33,087 nucleotides of DNA. Source: a virus (lineage: Duplodnaviria; Caudoviricetes). The translations under genes were made by a program, and so were the position numbers. The notes under the pieces are model-generated. The model searched no databases. It was not told where the DNA came from and worked only from the letters and a program-made list of their open reading frames with translations. The stretch's first letter is position 1. Each line of letters starts with the position of its first letter. Positions 7,985 through 16,980 of this stretch are shown one piece after another. Location of the stretch: positions 1 through 33,087 of IMG/VR virus record IMGVR_UViG_3300036825_000141, one strand, 5' to 3'.

Positions 7985-9982
7985 TTAGTACCCCACAGCC
8001 CAGACCAGCGGCGCAACATTGCCATTGCTGCCATATGCCCTGTTCGGTTTAACGACACAGTTCGCCGTCGTTTTTGAAACAAGGTGATAAATCTGTTCGG
8101 CGTTGTCGTTATTACTCACGTTCAATGTACCGACTGAGACAAACAGACACGCTGATGGAAATGCTTTCGGGAAGGTCACCGTATGGTTGGCTTCGTTGCT
8201 GACCGTTGCCCCCTGACACCACTGATAAATCAGGCCGGTACTGGCATCCTGAGACCAGCCATTCGCCGCTCTGGATGCGGTGTTCGGCGCAGCGTAAGAG
8301 CCCTTTGCCTGATACCGGGCGTCAAAGTTCCCGTAGACTGACGGGATAATTTGACCATTCACCGTTAACAGTTTCCCGTTCGCCAGATTCAGGGCAATCG
8401 AGCCATCCTCATTTAAATTCAGGCCATTCCCGCCGTTGTAGTTGTAAAGCGCAACGTTATAGCCAGCACCACCCCGACCGACGTACCACGCGTTTTCACC
8501 GGTATAATCTTTTCCTAACGCATATACAGCCTGATTTGCAGACAGCGGCCACAAGGCTATGGTTGCGCCGTTGCCTTTGACGGCAATATTGCGTTGATAC
8601 GTCCCCCCGCCAGAGGCAGAAATAGCGTCGACTTCTTCCGCCGAGGGTTTATTCACCGTGTCATATTGCTTCGCCCATGCTGACCAGGTGCCGTTATACA
8701 GCGACCGGCTCCAGCAGCGTGAGTTGCTGTAAATTCGATAAACCTGAGTGATACCGCCAGCATTTTTATATACGGCCAGCGAGCCTGACAGACTTCCTTC
8801 CGGATAATTTTTACCATTGACCGCATTGGTGTTAGCGCCCTGATAATAAAGACCGGGGCTGATGTAATCATTCAAATCAGCCGCCGCCCCGATTGACTCG
8901 GTGGAGGCGAAAATATCTCGGGTGGAAGGTTTATAAAATTCGCTGTAAATCTTCACCCAGCTAATCGCTTCGCCTGCTTTTTTGCGGCCTACATAGGCGT
9001 GCTGATTTGCGCCATCGACAGCCAGATAAGAAACCGTCGGTGAACCGTCATAGGGAATGGTAATTCCTGATTTAACAATGCTGGTATCACGCCAGAATGA
9101 GGGGAAATTCTCATCCTGAATTTTCGTATCCCGAATACTGCCCAGCCCCATCCAGCCAACAACGGGAACGCGCCCCGGCGAGAAGTCAGACAAAGATGTC
9201 ACAACATCTTTCCCCGATGCATCCCCCAGCGTATCTTTTAACGCCTTAACAGCGGCACTGACCGCTTTCGGTGTGGCTGCGAGCGCCTCAGACGTGCTGT
9301 CGGTCGCACTACTGAGCTGGACAATGCCCTTCTGCTTTGTGGTTGCGTCCTGAGCCGTATATTTCCCTTTAGCGAGGTCATACGCCGCCTTAACCGCGTT
9401 CGGTGTCGCGGCAAGCGCCTCAGACGTGCTGTCGGTTGCACTGCTTAACTGCGTGAAACCCTTTTCTTTCAGCGTGGCGTCAGGATGGCGGCGTGACTGC
9501 TCATGCTCCGCGAGCTTGTCGTCGACATAATCCTGCGTCGCCATGATCAGCGTGGTATCGATGGACAGCTCGACCGTGTCGATATCGCTCACCATGATCA
9601 CCATGCGCAGCGTCTGCGCGCGACCTGACCCTTCCGCCAGCTCGGGTTTGTAGCTTTCCGCCATATTGCCGACCGCAATCAGCATGCCGGTGTCATCGTA
9701 CAACCCCATTTCACGAAGCCAGAAACCGCCGGTCTCAGGCGGGATCACCAGTTCCGCCACGACATAGTTTTTGTGCTTTTTGTCCTGGCTGATTTTATTC
9801 AGCGCGTGACGCCAGACCTCATTCACCAGCCTGGTCTGGCTGGCGTTCGGCTCGGGTAGTTTGCCGCCGCCATCCCCGACGGCCATCGCCGCAAAGTTCA
9901 CTTTCTTCCCGTTCGGGAGCGTCGCCGCCGCCAGTTTCTCCGCACCGGCTTTGGTGATAACGGTTTTATATTTTACTGTCAT
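7985..9982 (-). CDS. H: Tail fibre protein gpH
   Basis: Conserved P2 H N-terminus (AMAVGDGGG, ESYKPELAEGSGRAQTLRM), QLSSAT repeats, knob-like segment (DLNDYISPGLYYQ...WSAW) and C-terminal GLIYQW...VTFPKAFPSAC domain. Confidence 0.93.
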   Translation of the reverse strand: MTVKYKTVITKAGAEKLAAATLPNGKKVNFAAMAVGDGGGKLPEPNASQTRLVNEVWRHALNKISQDKKHKNYVVAELVIPPETGGFWLREMGLYDDTGMLIAVGNMAESYKPELAEGSGRAQTLRMVIMVSDIDTVELSIDTTLIMATQDYVDDKLAEHEQSRRHPDATLKEKGFTQLSSATDSTSEALAATPNAVKAAYDLAKGKYTAQDATTKQKGIVQLSSATDSTSEALAATPKAVSAAVKALKDTLGDASGKDVVTSLSDFSPGRVPVVGWMGLGSIRDTKIQDENFPSFWRDTSIVKSGITIPYDGSPTVSYLAVDGANQHAYVGRKKAGEAISWVKIYSEFYKPSTRDIFASTESIGAAADLNDYISPGLYYQGANTNAVNGKNYPEGSLSGSLAVYKNAGGITQVYRIYSNSRCWSRSLYNGTWSAWAKQYDTVNKPSAEEVDAISASGGGTYQRNIAVKGNGATIALWPLSANQAVYALGKDYTGENAWYVGRGGAGYNVALYNYNGGNGLNLNEDGSIALNLANGKLLTVNGQIIPSVYGNFDARYQAKGSYAAPNTASRAANGWSQDASTGLIYQWCQGATVSNEANHTVTFPKAFPSACLFVSVGTLNVSNNDNAEQIYHLVSKTTANCVVKPNRAYGSNGNVAPLVWAVGY
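9251..9481 (-). repeat. Intragenic duplication encoding two DATxxxKGxxQLSSATDSTSEALAATP tail-fibre repeats
   Basis: Copies at 9383-9481 and 9251-9349, 132-nt period. Confidence 0.85.
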
Positions 9983-9993
9983 GATGTTCTCAC

Positions 9994-10524
9994 TTATCCG
10001 GGGTAAACCGTGATGATGTCGCCGTCATAGGTCAGGGCTCCGGTGTACAGATAGCCCGGAATGTCCTGAATAATATTCAGACCGATAAGATGGCGGCTGG
10101 CGGGTTTGGCATCGGCAATCAGCCGATCCATTTCGTAATACATTTCCTCGGTGATGCCGGTCTCTAACACGCCGATATCGAGGCGAAACGTGCCGGGCGG
10201 GTCGTTGGTCTCCCACCACTCGGTCACGTTAATCAGATACCCGAGCGGCTCCACCACGCGACGCACCGCGCCTATCGTCCCTTTGTGCGCATGGATAAAC
10301 CACGCGCTGCGGATCACCTCGCGTTTGGTCTCTTCCGGCCAGTTCTCATCCCAGCGGTCAACCGAAAACGCCCACGCCAGCCACGGCAACAGGTTCGCCG
10401 GGCAGGTGTCGGCGTTCCACAAACGGCGCAGCGGGACGGGGGTTCTCTCGATATCCGCGCAGGCGCGCGCCGCCGCCACCTCAAGCGGCGACGAGCCCAC
10501 CGGCAGCAGACGGGTTTCACTCAT
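9994..10524 (-). CDS. I: Baseplate/tail protein gpI
   Basis: RLLPVGSSPLE...CPANLLPWLAWAFSVDRWD...HKGTIGAVRR; alternative ATG at 10527. Confidence 0.94.
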   Translation of the reverse strand: MSETRLLPVGSSPLEVAAARACADIERTPVPLRRLWNADTCPANLLPWLAWAFSVDRWDENWPEETKREVIRSAWFIHAHKGTIGAVRRVVEPLGYLINVTEWWETNDPPGTFRLDIGVLETGITEEMYYEMDRLIADAKPASRHLIGLNIIQDIPGYLYTGALTYDGDIITVYPG

Positions 10525-11425
10525 CATTACCCCCGATTTTCACGCTGTACGCGGTGCAGTGGGACGCCTGCGTATCATCGAGCACGATGTCGGCCACGGG
10601 TGCGGCCAGCTCGACACGCTGCACACCCTCGACGTGGAGCGCGGCAAAAATGGCGGATTTGCGGATATCCCGTCCGAGCCGGTGCTGCGCGCTGATATAG
10701 GTCTGCAGCTTCGCTTTTGCCGCACTGAGCACCGGCTCGCTCTCGGGGCCGGGGTAAAGGTAAAGCGCCGCATCGATGGTGTAGTCGACAATCTCCGCCG
10801 ACTGGACGGTCACCCGGTCAGCGACCGGCCTCACGTCCTCATCGTTCAGCGCGGCACGCACCACGGCGAGCAGCTCATCGGACGCCGCGCCGTTAGTTTC
10901 GCGGGACAACACCGACACGGTCACGCAGGCCGGTGCCGGGCTGATGACCGAGATATCGGCGACCCGTCCGTCAGCGCTGCGGCCATGAAACTGATACGCG
11001 CCGGTCGACCCGGCCACGCTCATTCCCTCAAAGGCCTGTTGAATACGCAGGCGATAATCGGTGTCCGACTCCATGACGGCTGACGTTGGCGGCAACGTGG
11101 TTTCATCAGCTGGCGTGATAACGAGGCGCTCGACGTTGTAGTTTGCCCCGAGGTTATCGAGGTCACGCGCGGCGGCGTAGGCCAGCATCACCGCGCGCGC
11201 CGATTCATTGACACGCTGTCGCCAGATAACTTCCCGATAGGCGTTCTCCTGCAGGAGCTTCACCATCGGCTCAGATTCAAGCGTCAGCATGCGCGCGACC
11301 GCCTCCTGCTGGTCTTCGGGATAAAGCGAGACAAGCGTCGCCTTGCGTTCGGTCAGAATGGTTTCAAAATCCAGTGCTTCCACGACATCGGGCGCGGCGA
11401 GCTGGTTCAGGTCAACAATAGCCAT
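10517..11425 (-). CDS. J: Baseplate assembly protein gpJ
   Basis: MAIVDLNQLAAPDVVE...LESEPMVKLLQENAYRE...SVAGSTGAY...VRPVADRV; 302 aa. Confidence 0.95.
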   Translation of the reverse strand: MAIVDLNQLAAPDVVEALDFETILTERKATLVSLYPEDQQEAVARMLTLESEPMVKLLQENAYREVIWRQRVNESARAVMLAYAAARDLDNLGANYNVERLVITPADETTLPPTSAVMESDTDYRLRIQQAFEGMSVAGSTGAYQFHGRSADGRVADISVISPAPACVTVSVLSRETNGAASDELLAVVRAALNDEDVRPVADRVTVQSAEIVDYTIDAALYLYPGPESEPVLSAAKAKLQTYISAQHRLGRDIRKSAIFAALHVEGVQRVELAAPVADIVLDDTQASHCTAYSVKIGGNDE

Positions 11426-11430
11426 AGCGT

Positions 11431-11781
11431 TTAACTCAGTGGAATAGTGAGGGAAAAAGGCTGGTTTGAGGTGGTGCGTGTGCCAGTCATATCGACATAC
11501 AGCGCCCCGTCATCCTCCCCGCGCTCACAGGTGATGGTCGAAAGCGTGACGCGCGGCTCCCACTTCTGGATCGCGGAATAGCACGCGGCCATAATCTGCA
11601 GGCGCAGCGCCGGGGTCTGCGGCTGGTCAATCAGCGCCGACAGGAGCGAGCCGTATTCACGGCGCATCACTCGCGAGCCAACAGGCGTGACCAGAATGTC
11701 GCGCACGCTTTGCCTGATATGCTCAGCCTCTGAAATACTGAGCCCGGTGTGGCTGTTCATACCGAGATAGCGCACCGTCAT
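11431..11781 (-). CDS. W: Baseplate wedge protein gpW (gp25-like)
   Basis: HIRQSVRDILVTPVGSRVMRREYGS...WEPR. Confidence 0.94.
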   Translation of the reverse strand: MTVRYLGMNSHTGLSISEAEHIRQSVRDILVTPVGSRVMRREYGSLLSALIDQPQTPALRLQIMAACYSAIQKWEPRVTLSTITCERGEDDGALYVDMTGTRTTSNQPFSLTIPLS

Positions 11782-12419
11782 TGTGTCCCCACCGTTCTGT
11801 CATCGCCACGCTTCACGCCGCCGTGGTCGTGGTCATCCGCCTGCACGCCGTTGGAGGTAAACTTCCCGCCGCTGTGTTCGATATCCCCTTTCATCGTCCC
11901 GCCCTTTTGCACTTCGAGTGAGCCGGTAATGAGCTTGTTGGTACACACCACCTCGGGTGTATCGAGCGTGATGCGGGTTTCGGCTTTCACCAGCACCACC
12001 GGCACGGTGGCGGTAATTGAATCCGACGCGGTGACGTCGGCGGTTTTGATACCGGACACGGTGAGTGAGCCGCTGTCGGGCTCGTACTCGATAACCGCCC
12101 CGTCAGGAAAGGCGATATGAAACGCATCAGGTGAGGCAGACGGCGCGGGATGGTCATCCGAGAAAATGCCGGGCAGCACAAAGGCGGTGTCGAGCTCGCC
12201 GCCGATGGCAAGGATCAGCACCTGCTCGCCAACGGAAGGAGCCCACCACACGCGCGAGCGACCAGCGCGACAGGTCAGCCAGTTAAGCCACGTGGTTTGC
12301 ATCCCGCCGGTCTGGACACGACAGAGCCCCTCGACATGGTCGACGTCGGTCACAATGCCGGTGCGGATAAGGTTGCGGATCGCGCGAGCGATATCCTGCA
12401 GAGAAGTTAGATTGTTCAT
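11778..12419 (-). CDS. V: Baseplate spike protein gpV
   Basis: IRNLIRTG...WWAPSVGEQV...C-terminal HxH iron-binding motif (HDH); start placed at ATG 12419 (213 aa). Confidence 0.94.
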   Translation of the reverse strand: MNNLTSLQDIARAIRNLIRTGIVTDVDHVEGLCRVQTGGMQTTWLNWLTCRAGRSRVWWAPSVGEQVLILAIGGELDTAFVLPGIFSDDHPAPSASPDAFHIAFPDGAVIEYEPDSGSLTVSGIKTADVTASDSITATVPVVLVKAETRITLDTPEVVCTNKLITGSLEVQKGGTMKGDIEHSGGKFTSNGVQADDHDHGGVKRGDDRTVGTQ

Positions 12420-12465
12420 TGGGGGAAGGATGCCGCCGGGCAAGGCCAGCGGCAATCGAGCGGGG

Positions 12466-12485
12466 TTTGGTGAGGGATGAAACAA
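12466..12485 (-). promoter_or_regulatory. Putative Ogr-binding site of late promoter pV
   Basis: Minus strand TTGT-TTCATCCCTCAC-CAAA centred about 56 nt upstream of the V ATG. Confidence 0.6.
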
Positions 12486-12584
12486 CAGTCAGTACTGAGT
12501 ATCTCGCATAGGTTATTTTTTTTGTTGGTACCTATAAACTAATTTAGTGGAAGATTATCGACCACCACTTCCTACTTTGCTATT

Positions 12585-13478
12585 ATGGATTCAGCTTTCC
12601 TTTTAAATATAAGGCACGCACATATGACCCCTAAAGAAAGTTGCGAAATAGAGATAGCAAGATTTTACAAAAAGTATTACACCTTTACATCGTCAAGCGA
12701 CACAGACGATCTAAACAACTTACTTAATTCACTTTGCAGTTCCATCGAAAAATATGAAATCGCTACAGGTATAAACATCAGCAAGGATAACAAACGATTC
12801 CTTTCTCTAAAAACGTTGCGTAATTTCTCACTTCATCACTCCGAACTTCTAAATTCTTCCAAAGGGATAAAACCCTCAGATATTGCAAACATTCGCACCG
12901 AAGTTGGAATTTTATGCCTCCTACCTGTAAATGTTATAGAACGTATAATCCAGAACACAAGACAAGAGCAAACAAAACGTTACCTACGTGAAACATTTAT
13001 ATTTTATGATAACTATGTAGATATTTACCCAGCAATTTTTAATTTCGCTGTCGACATCTACTTTTTAGTCCAAGAAGCATCATTGACCATTACCGGAGAG
13101 CACTACCAAGAAATGGTCAACTCAATCAATTACGAAATAAAAAACCATCATTCACACTACATCACAGGAAAAATCATAACATTAACTGGGATATCAGTCA
13201 GTGATTACATCAATGAACATGTAATTAGCATGGAGCAAAAAATTGAGGAAGAAAAAAAATTCAAACCTAACTCAATCAGGTTAGCAAAATTAAGCTCAAG
13301 CCCCTCAAAACAGTTTAAGACATTAAGTGATATAGATAGAAAGTTCATATATGACGACCTCATTTCAACCAAGGCCATTGAGTTGAGCAGCAGCCGTTCT
13401 CAAAACCATTTTAAATCCAACAGACCGCTCACACCCATCGAACGACTTGTAGTTCACTTTTACTTGAGCAGAAAATAA
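12585..13478 (+). CDS. Hypothetical cargo protein with HEPN-like RxxxxH motif (putative RNase / abortive infection protein)
   Basis: AT-rich; helical N-terminus followed by LR79NFSLH84H; alternative start ATG 12624 preceded by AAGG. Confidence 0.55.
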   Translation: MDSAFLLNIRHAHMTPKESCEIEIARFYKKYYTFTSSSDTDDLNNLLNSLCSSIEKYEIATGINISKDNKRFLSLKTLRNFSLHHSELLNSSKGIKPSDIANIRTEVGILCLLPVNVIERIIQNTRQEQTKRYLRETFIFYDNYVDIYPAIFNFAVDIYFLVQEASLTITGEHYQEMVNSINYEIKNHHSHYITGKIITLTGISVSDYINEHVISMEQKIEEEKKFKPNSIRLAKLSSSPSKQFKTLSDIDRKFIYDDLISTKAIELSSSRSQNHFKSNRPLTPIERLVVHFYLSRK

Positions 13479-13519
13479 AACAGCATCTTTCTTACCAGTT
13501 ACATTACCAGAAAAATCAT

Positions 13520-13564
13520 AATGGATGCAGCAAGAATTTTCAAACGCATCCATTTTTTATTTTT
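13520..13564 (+). terminator. Putative terminator between convergent cargo genes
   Basis: AATGGATGC (13520-13528)/GCATCCATT (13546-13554) inverted repeat followed by T-rich tract; loop is large (17 nt). Confidence 0.45.
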
Positions 13565-13597
13565 GAATCTTCCATATAGAAAAAACTTTAAATTATT

Positions 13598-16312
13598 TTA
13601 GAAATTTCCTCCCCAAGAATTATCAAGACTCCACTCACTCTCATTATAGAAACCATCATCACTACGTTCATATCCATTGATCAAACTCAAAATATTATTT
13701 TGTTCTTTGAGAGGTCGATACTTTGCCATTTCCCTTAGAGTTATTAGTGCAGGTCCGATGTTATGATATTTCATTGTAAATTCTTCGATAAGAGAGTAGA
13801 ACTCACAACCTTGCGCATAAAGACATAAAGCACCTCGCCACCAATCATTCTTCAAATAAGAAACCAATTCAATTGATCTGTTATATTGAAGCTCAAGTGA
13901 TGTTAAGTGTTCTTGATAACGTAAATGACCGAATGAGTATGTGCCTGAAATCGTATCGAGCACTAATATATTACAAGGGTCAATCAGTTCCTCTACAGCT
14001 GTAATGCATGTATTTTCTTCATAACTAAAGCCACTGTCATTAATTATATATTTGATAATGTCACTTTTTAAAGCGGAACGAAGATTTCGTGAATGCAAAG
14101 AGTAAGCAATTTTTATAGCTGCTTTTTGTAAAATACTTTGTGAAAGCGTAGTTCTGCGGATGTCTTTATAAGTATCATATACACCACAAAACAGCTCAAG
14201 CCTTTTAGTGAAAATCTCACTTTCGCTTCTTGGTATATCTATCCCTTTTTCAGCCAAGTCGCATAATAAAGTAGCCAACAAAGGAGTTTTTACTATTTCA
14301 GCGACATCTCTTCCCTTTATACTTTCAATAACCTTCTCTCCCAGCCCCACGTCTTTGTTTTCGAACCACGATCTTATAAATTTATACAGCTGAGATTCAC
14401 TAAAAGGAAGAAGGGTAATTCCTAAGAAACTAACCTTTGAAAGATAGCTCACACAATCCCTACTAGAGATCAACATCTGAATAGAAGGATGTTTCGTTTT
14501 AAACTCATTAATAGCATCGATTATGCCAGGGTATTTTGCATACGCTTCATCAAGACCATCTAGTACTAGTTTAAGCTTGCTTCCTTCCGAGAAATAACTT
14601 TTTAGGCTAAGTATGTTCTCAGGATTGGACTCCAAATTTTTAGCAGTCAGTATGATCGATAGTAAAACATCATAATTTCTAACCTTGTCATCTAGCACAA
14701 CATTTATTTTATTAATATAACGGTTCAATGCAATATAGATAACTTTGCTAGACAAATCTTTTAATAATTTTTTGACGTACATCTGAAGCGTGGTTGTTTT
14801 TCCTGCGCCTGCACCACCAAAAACTGCGATATCATACTTACTATCAAAAATTTTGAATGGGGAAATTGAAAGCCCGTCGCTATATTTGCTTGGCCTTTTA
14901 TTTACTGAAATATATTTCTTGCTATCTTCAACCTTGTTAATAAACACTTCCAATACATTTAAAGTTTTTTGAGTATCTGTTAAGAACAATGATATATCAA
15001 CGCAATCACTGCGACTATTAATATCAGAAATACCTTGTTTATATGCCTGACACTTACCTTCAAGCCATCTTTCAATTTTAGCATAAAGAAACATTATGGA
15101 TATTTGCGGTTCTTCTAAATACTCTGATGTAAGTGTATTAAGCTCATCCTTTTGCGTTGCGATACTATTAATTACCTTTCTTGCCTCTAAGAAATCAGGC
15201 AAAATACTTTGCTTATATTTCTCTGAAAGGTTCACGATGTCGTTTTTATCAACAAACTTATTTAGTTGGCGTATATCACTTTCTTCAAAAGAAGAATTCA
15301 TTAGCGTCTTTAGTAAACTATGAATTTCAGTAAATGTGGGCAACAATAAATTATCTTTCTTTTGGGATAGCATACCATTAATCGAGGAATCAATCGAAGA
15401 CATAACTCGTTTTATGACCTGAGTATTTGTCGAAATTAATTGTTCTGCTTGAATTATATTCTTTTTTATCTTTTGGTTTTCTTGTGATTTGAACTTAATT
15501 AATTCTTTATTATAATGCTCTTCAATTTCAAGACTTGTTTGAGTGAGCGGATAAAAACCAAGCAACCCTTCCAAAGGGCGACACACTTCTTTATTTAGTA
15601 AATCCCAAGAGCTTTTAGTTAAAGTTGATTTATCTTTCTTTATAGAAAAGGTGCTATCTAAAAGCACATTACTATCTATAGTCCCCATAAAGAACGCTAA
15701 ATCACTATAGCAATTTAACTCATCTATCGAATTTTTTTGATTTAAGGCGGAAATCAGCTCCAAGTTATTTAACTGCCCTTCATCGTGGAACTGAAGTTTA
15801 TCACTCAGAGATAGGAGTCGATCTAATAACGCAGGTTTATATTTTATAATTAATTCTATTACTTTTGGCCCATCTAAAATCTCTATATTTTTATCACCAA
15901 GATAAAGTTGCTCGTGAATTTCAGTTAATAATCTCTGACTTACTTGAAATGGTGTTGCGAGGTAAACATGATCAGGTAACTTCTCATGACCGTTGTGAAG
16001 TTTTATTTTCTTTGTAAAACACTGCCTTAACTGCACTATTAAATCAGACAGTATACCCTTTTCAGAAGTGTTCGATTTCTCACCAATCTTCTTGGATTGT
16101 ATCGCATATACACTTGTTCCTTTTAAAGGTGCTTCATGTAAAGCTACCAAGTCTTTTCCATATTCATATGGACCGCCAACGAAATCCACTCTAGAAAAAG
16201 ACATAGCTTCAAAAAGAGGTTTAAGAACACTTTTCGAAAATTCATCTTCTTTCAATTCTTGCATGGCTTTCAAATAAAGATTGAGATTACTATCACCATT
16301 ATTGTTAATCAT
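13598..16312 (-). CDS. Mrr-like restriction endonuclease fused to NACHT/STAND NTPase (putative anti-phage NLR-like protein)
   Basis: N-terminal E..F...LF, GKD54, IQ72SK74 (PD-(D/E/Q)xK); Walker A G499GAGAGKTT; Walker B LVLD585GLDE; LISSR sensor; TPLL; YSFGHLRYQEHL winged-helix motif; AT-rich. Confidence 0.85.
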   Translation of the reverse strand: MINNNGDSNLNLYLKAMQELKEDEFSKSVLKPLFEAMSFSRVDFVGGPYEYGKDLVALHEAPLKGTSVYAIQSKKIGEKSNTSEKGILSDLIVQLRQCFTKKIKLHNGHEKLPDHVYLATPFQVSQRLLTEIHEQLYLGDKNIEILDGPKVIELIIKYKPALLDRLLSLSDKLQFHDEGQLNNLELISALNQKNSIDELNCYSDLAFFMGTIDSNVLLDSTFSIKKDKSTLTKSSWDLLNKEVCRPLEGLLGFYPLTQTSLEIEEHYNKELIKFKSQENQKIKKNIIQAEQLISTNTQVIKRVMSSIDSSINGMLSQKKDNLLLPTFTEIHSLLKTLMNSSFEESDIRQLNKFVDKNDIVNLSEKYKQSILPDFLEARKVINSIATQKDELNTLTSEYLEEPQISIMFLYAKIERWLEGKCQAYKQGISDINSRSDCVDISLFLTDTQKTLNVLEVFINKVEDSKKYISVNKRPSKYSDGLSISPFKIFDSKYDIAVFGGAGAGKTTTLQMYVKKLLKDLSSKVIYIALNRYINKINVVLDDKVRNYDVLLSIILTAKNLESNPENILSLKSYFSEGSKLKLVLDGLDEAYAKYPGIIDAINEFKTKHPSIQMLISSRDCVSYLSKVSFLGITLLPFSESQLYKFIRSWFENKDVGLGEKVIESIKGRDVAEIVKTPLLATLLCDLAEKGIDIPRSESEIFTKRLELFCGVYDTYKDIRRTTLSQSILQKAAIKIAYSLHSRNLRSALKSDIIKYIINDSGFSYEENTCITAVEELIDPCNILVLDTISGTYSFGHLRYQEHLTSLELQYNRSIELVSYLKNDWWRGALCLYAQGCEFYSLIEEFTMKYHNIGPALITLREMAKYRPLKEQNNILSLINGYERSDDGFYNESEWSLDNSWGGNF

Positions 16313-16533
16313 ACGTAATTTTCTTAAAGTTTTGCTGTTTAGTTGTCGGATATCGTGCCATAGCTTTCAATAAGTTAGAAGTATCACGCAATGTTTTTTG
16401 TGACACATCCAACACCAATTTCAACTTTATGAATCACCATTAGGCCGTTCAGCAACGCAATTGCTCAGTCCCCTTCCATCAGGGCATCTTGCATTTTCGA
16501 TCTAGCTGTGTGACAAAAAAGATAGTTCGATTT

Positions 16534-16980
16534 TTATTGTAAATGCTTAAGAATCAATTTCTCAATGAACTGCCCATCCCCCATATTCATCCCCAGCAGC
16601 TGACGTTCTGGGTATTGCACATCTCTTGCTTGAGGATTTGGCCGGTCCTTAAGTCCGAACTGATGAACTCGCGCGATACGTTGCACCTTACCGGTAAACT
16701 CCACAACGGCAGCATCACTGCGGCCACTGGCTTTCATATAACGAGCCGTGCGCAGCTTCTGAAACATAGCACCCTTGATACGTCCCGACTTTGCCCTGAG
16801 CGGCTGGCGCTTTCGCGCCTGGTACGGCCTTCCATCGGGCGCTTTTTGCTGCTTGAGGCGCTGTTGTTGTGATCTGCGTAGTTCCTTCGCAATCTCAGCA
16901 GCGAGCTTGCGCCGCCCTGCCGGTGACAGTGCGCCAATCAGCCCGGCCAGCTTATCGTCAAAGGGTTTGAACTCACTCAT
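16534..16980 (-). CDS. S: Tail completion / virion morphogenesis protein gpS
   Basis: LSPAGRRKL...QKAPDGRPYQARK...IARVHQFG...YPERQLLG. Confidence 0.93.
   Translation of the reverse strand: MSEFKPFDDKLAGLIGALSPAGRRKLAAEIAKELRRSQQQRLKQQKAPDGRPYQARKRQPLRAKSGRIKGAMFQKLRTARYMKASGRSDAAVVEFTGKVQRIARVHQFGLKDRPNPQARDVQYPERQLLGMNMGDGQFIEKLILKHLQ

Noticed and set aside
9251-9481. Direct repeats as possible CRISPR or recombination sites
   Set aside because: Only two in-frame copies encoding the standard tail-fibre repeat; no spacers or cas genes.
10151-11083. 310-aa + strand ORF
   Set aside because: Antisense shadow of GC-rich genes I and J; no recognisable motif or RBS.
12420-12485. N-terminal extensions in the ORF track for V (also R, lysB, holin, X, P, C, int, hotspot genes 2 and 3)
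   Set aside because: Downstream ATGs give the family-typical N-termini and lengths and better RBS/overlap geometry.
13365-13553. 62-aa minus-strand ORF downstream of the NACHT gene
   Set aside because: Overlaps the HEPN-motif gene antisense and starts inside the putative terminator; no support.
16391-16523. Inverted repeat as retron a1/a2 arms
   Set aside because: No reverse transcriptase (no YADD-type motif) anywhere in the window.
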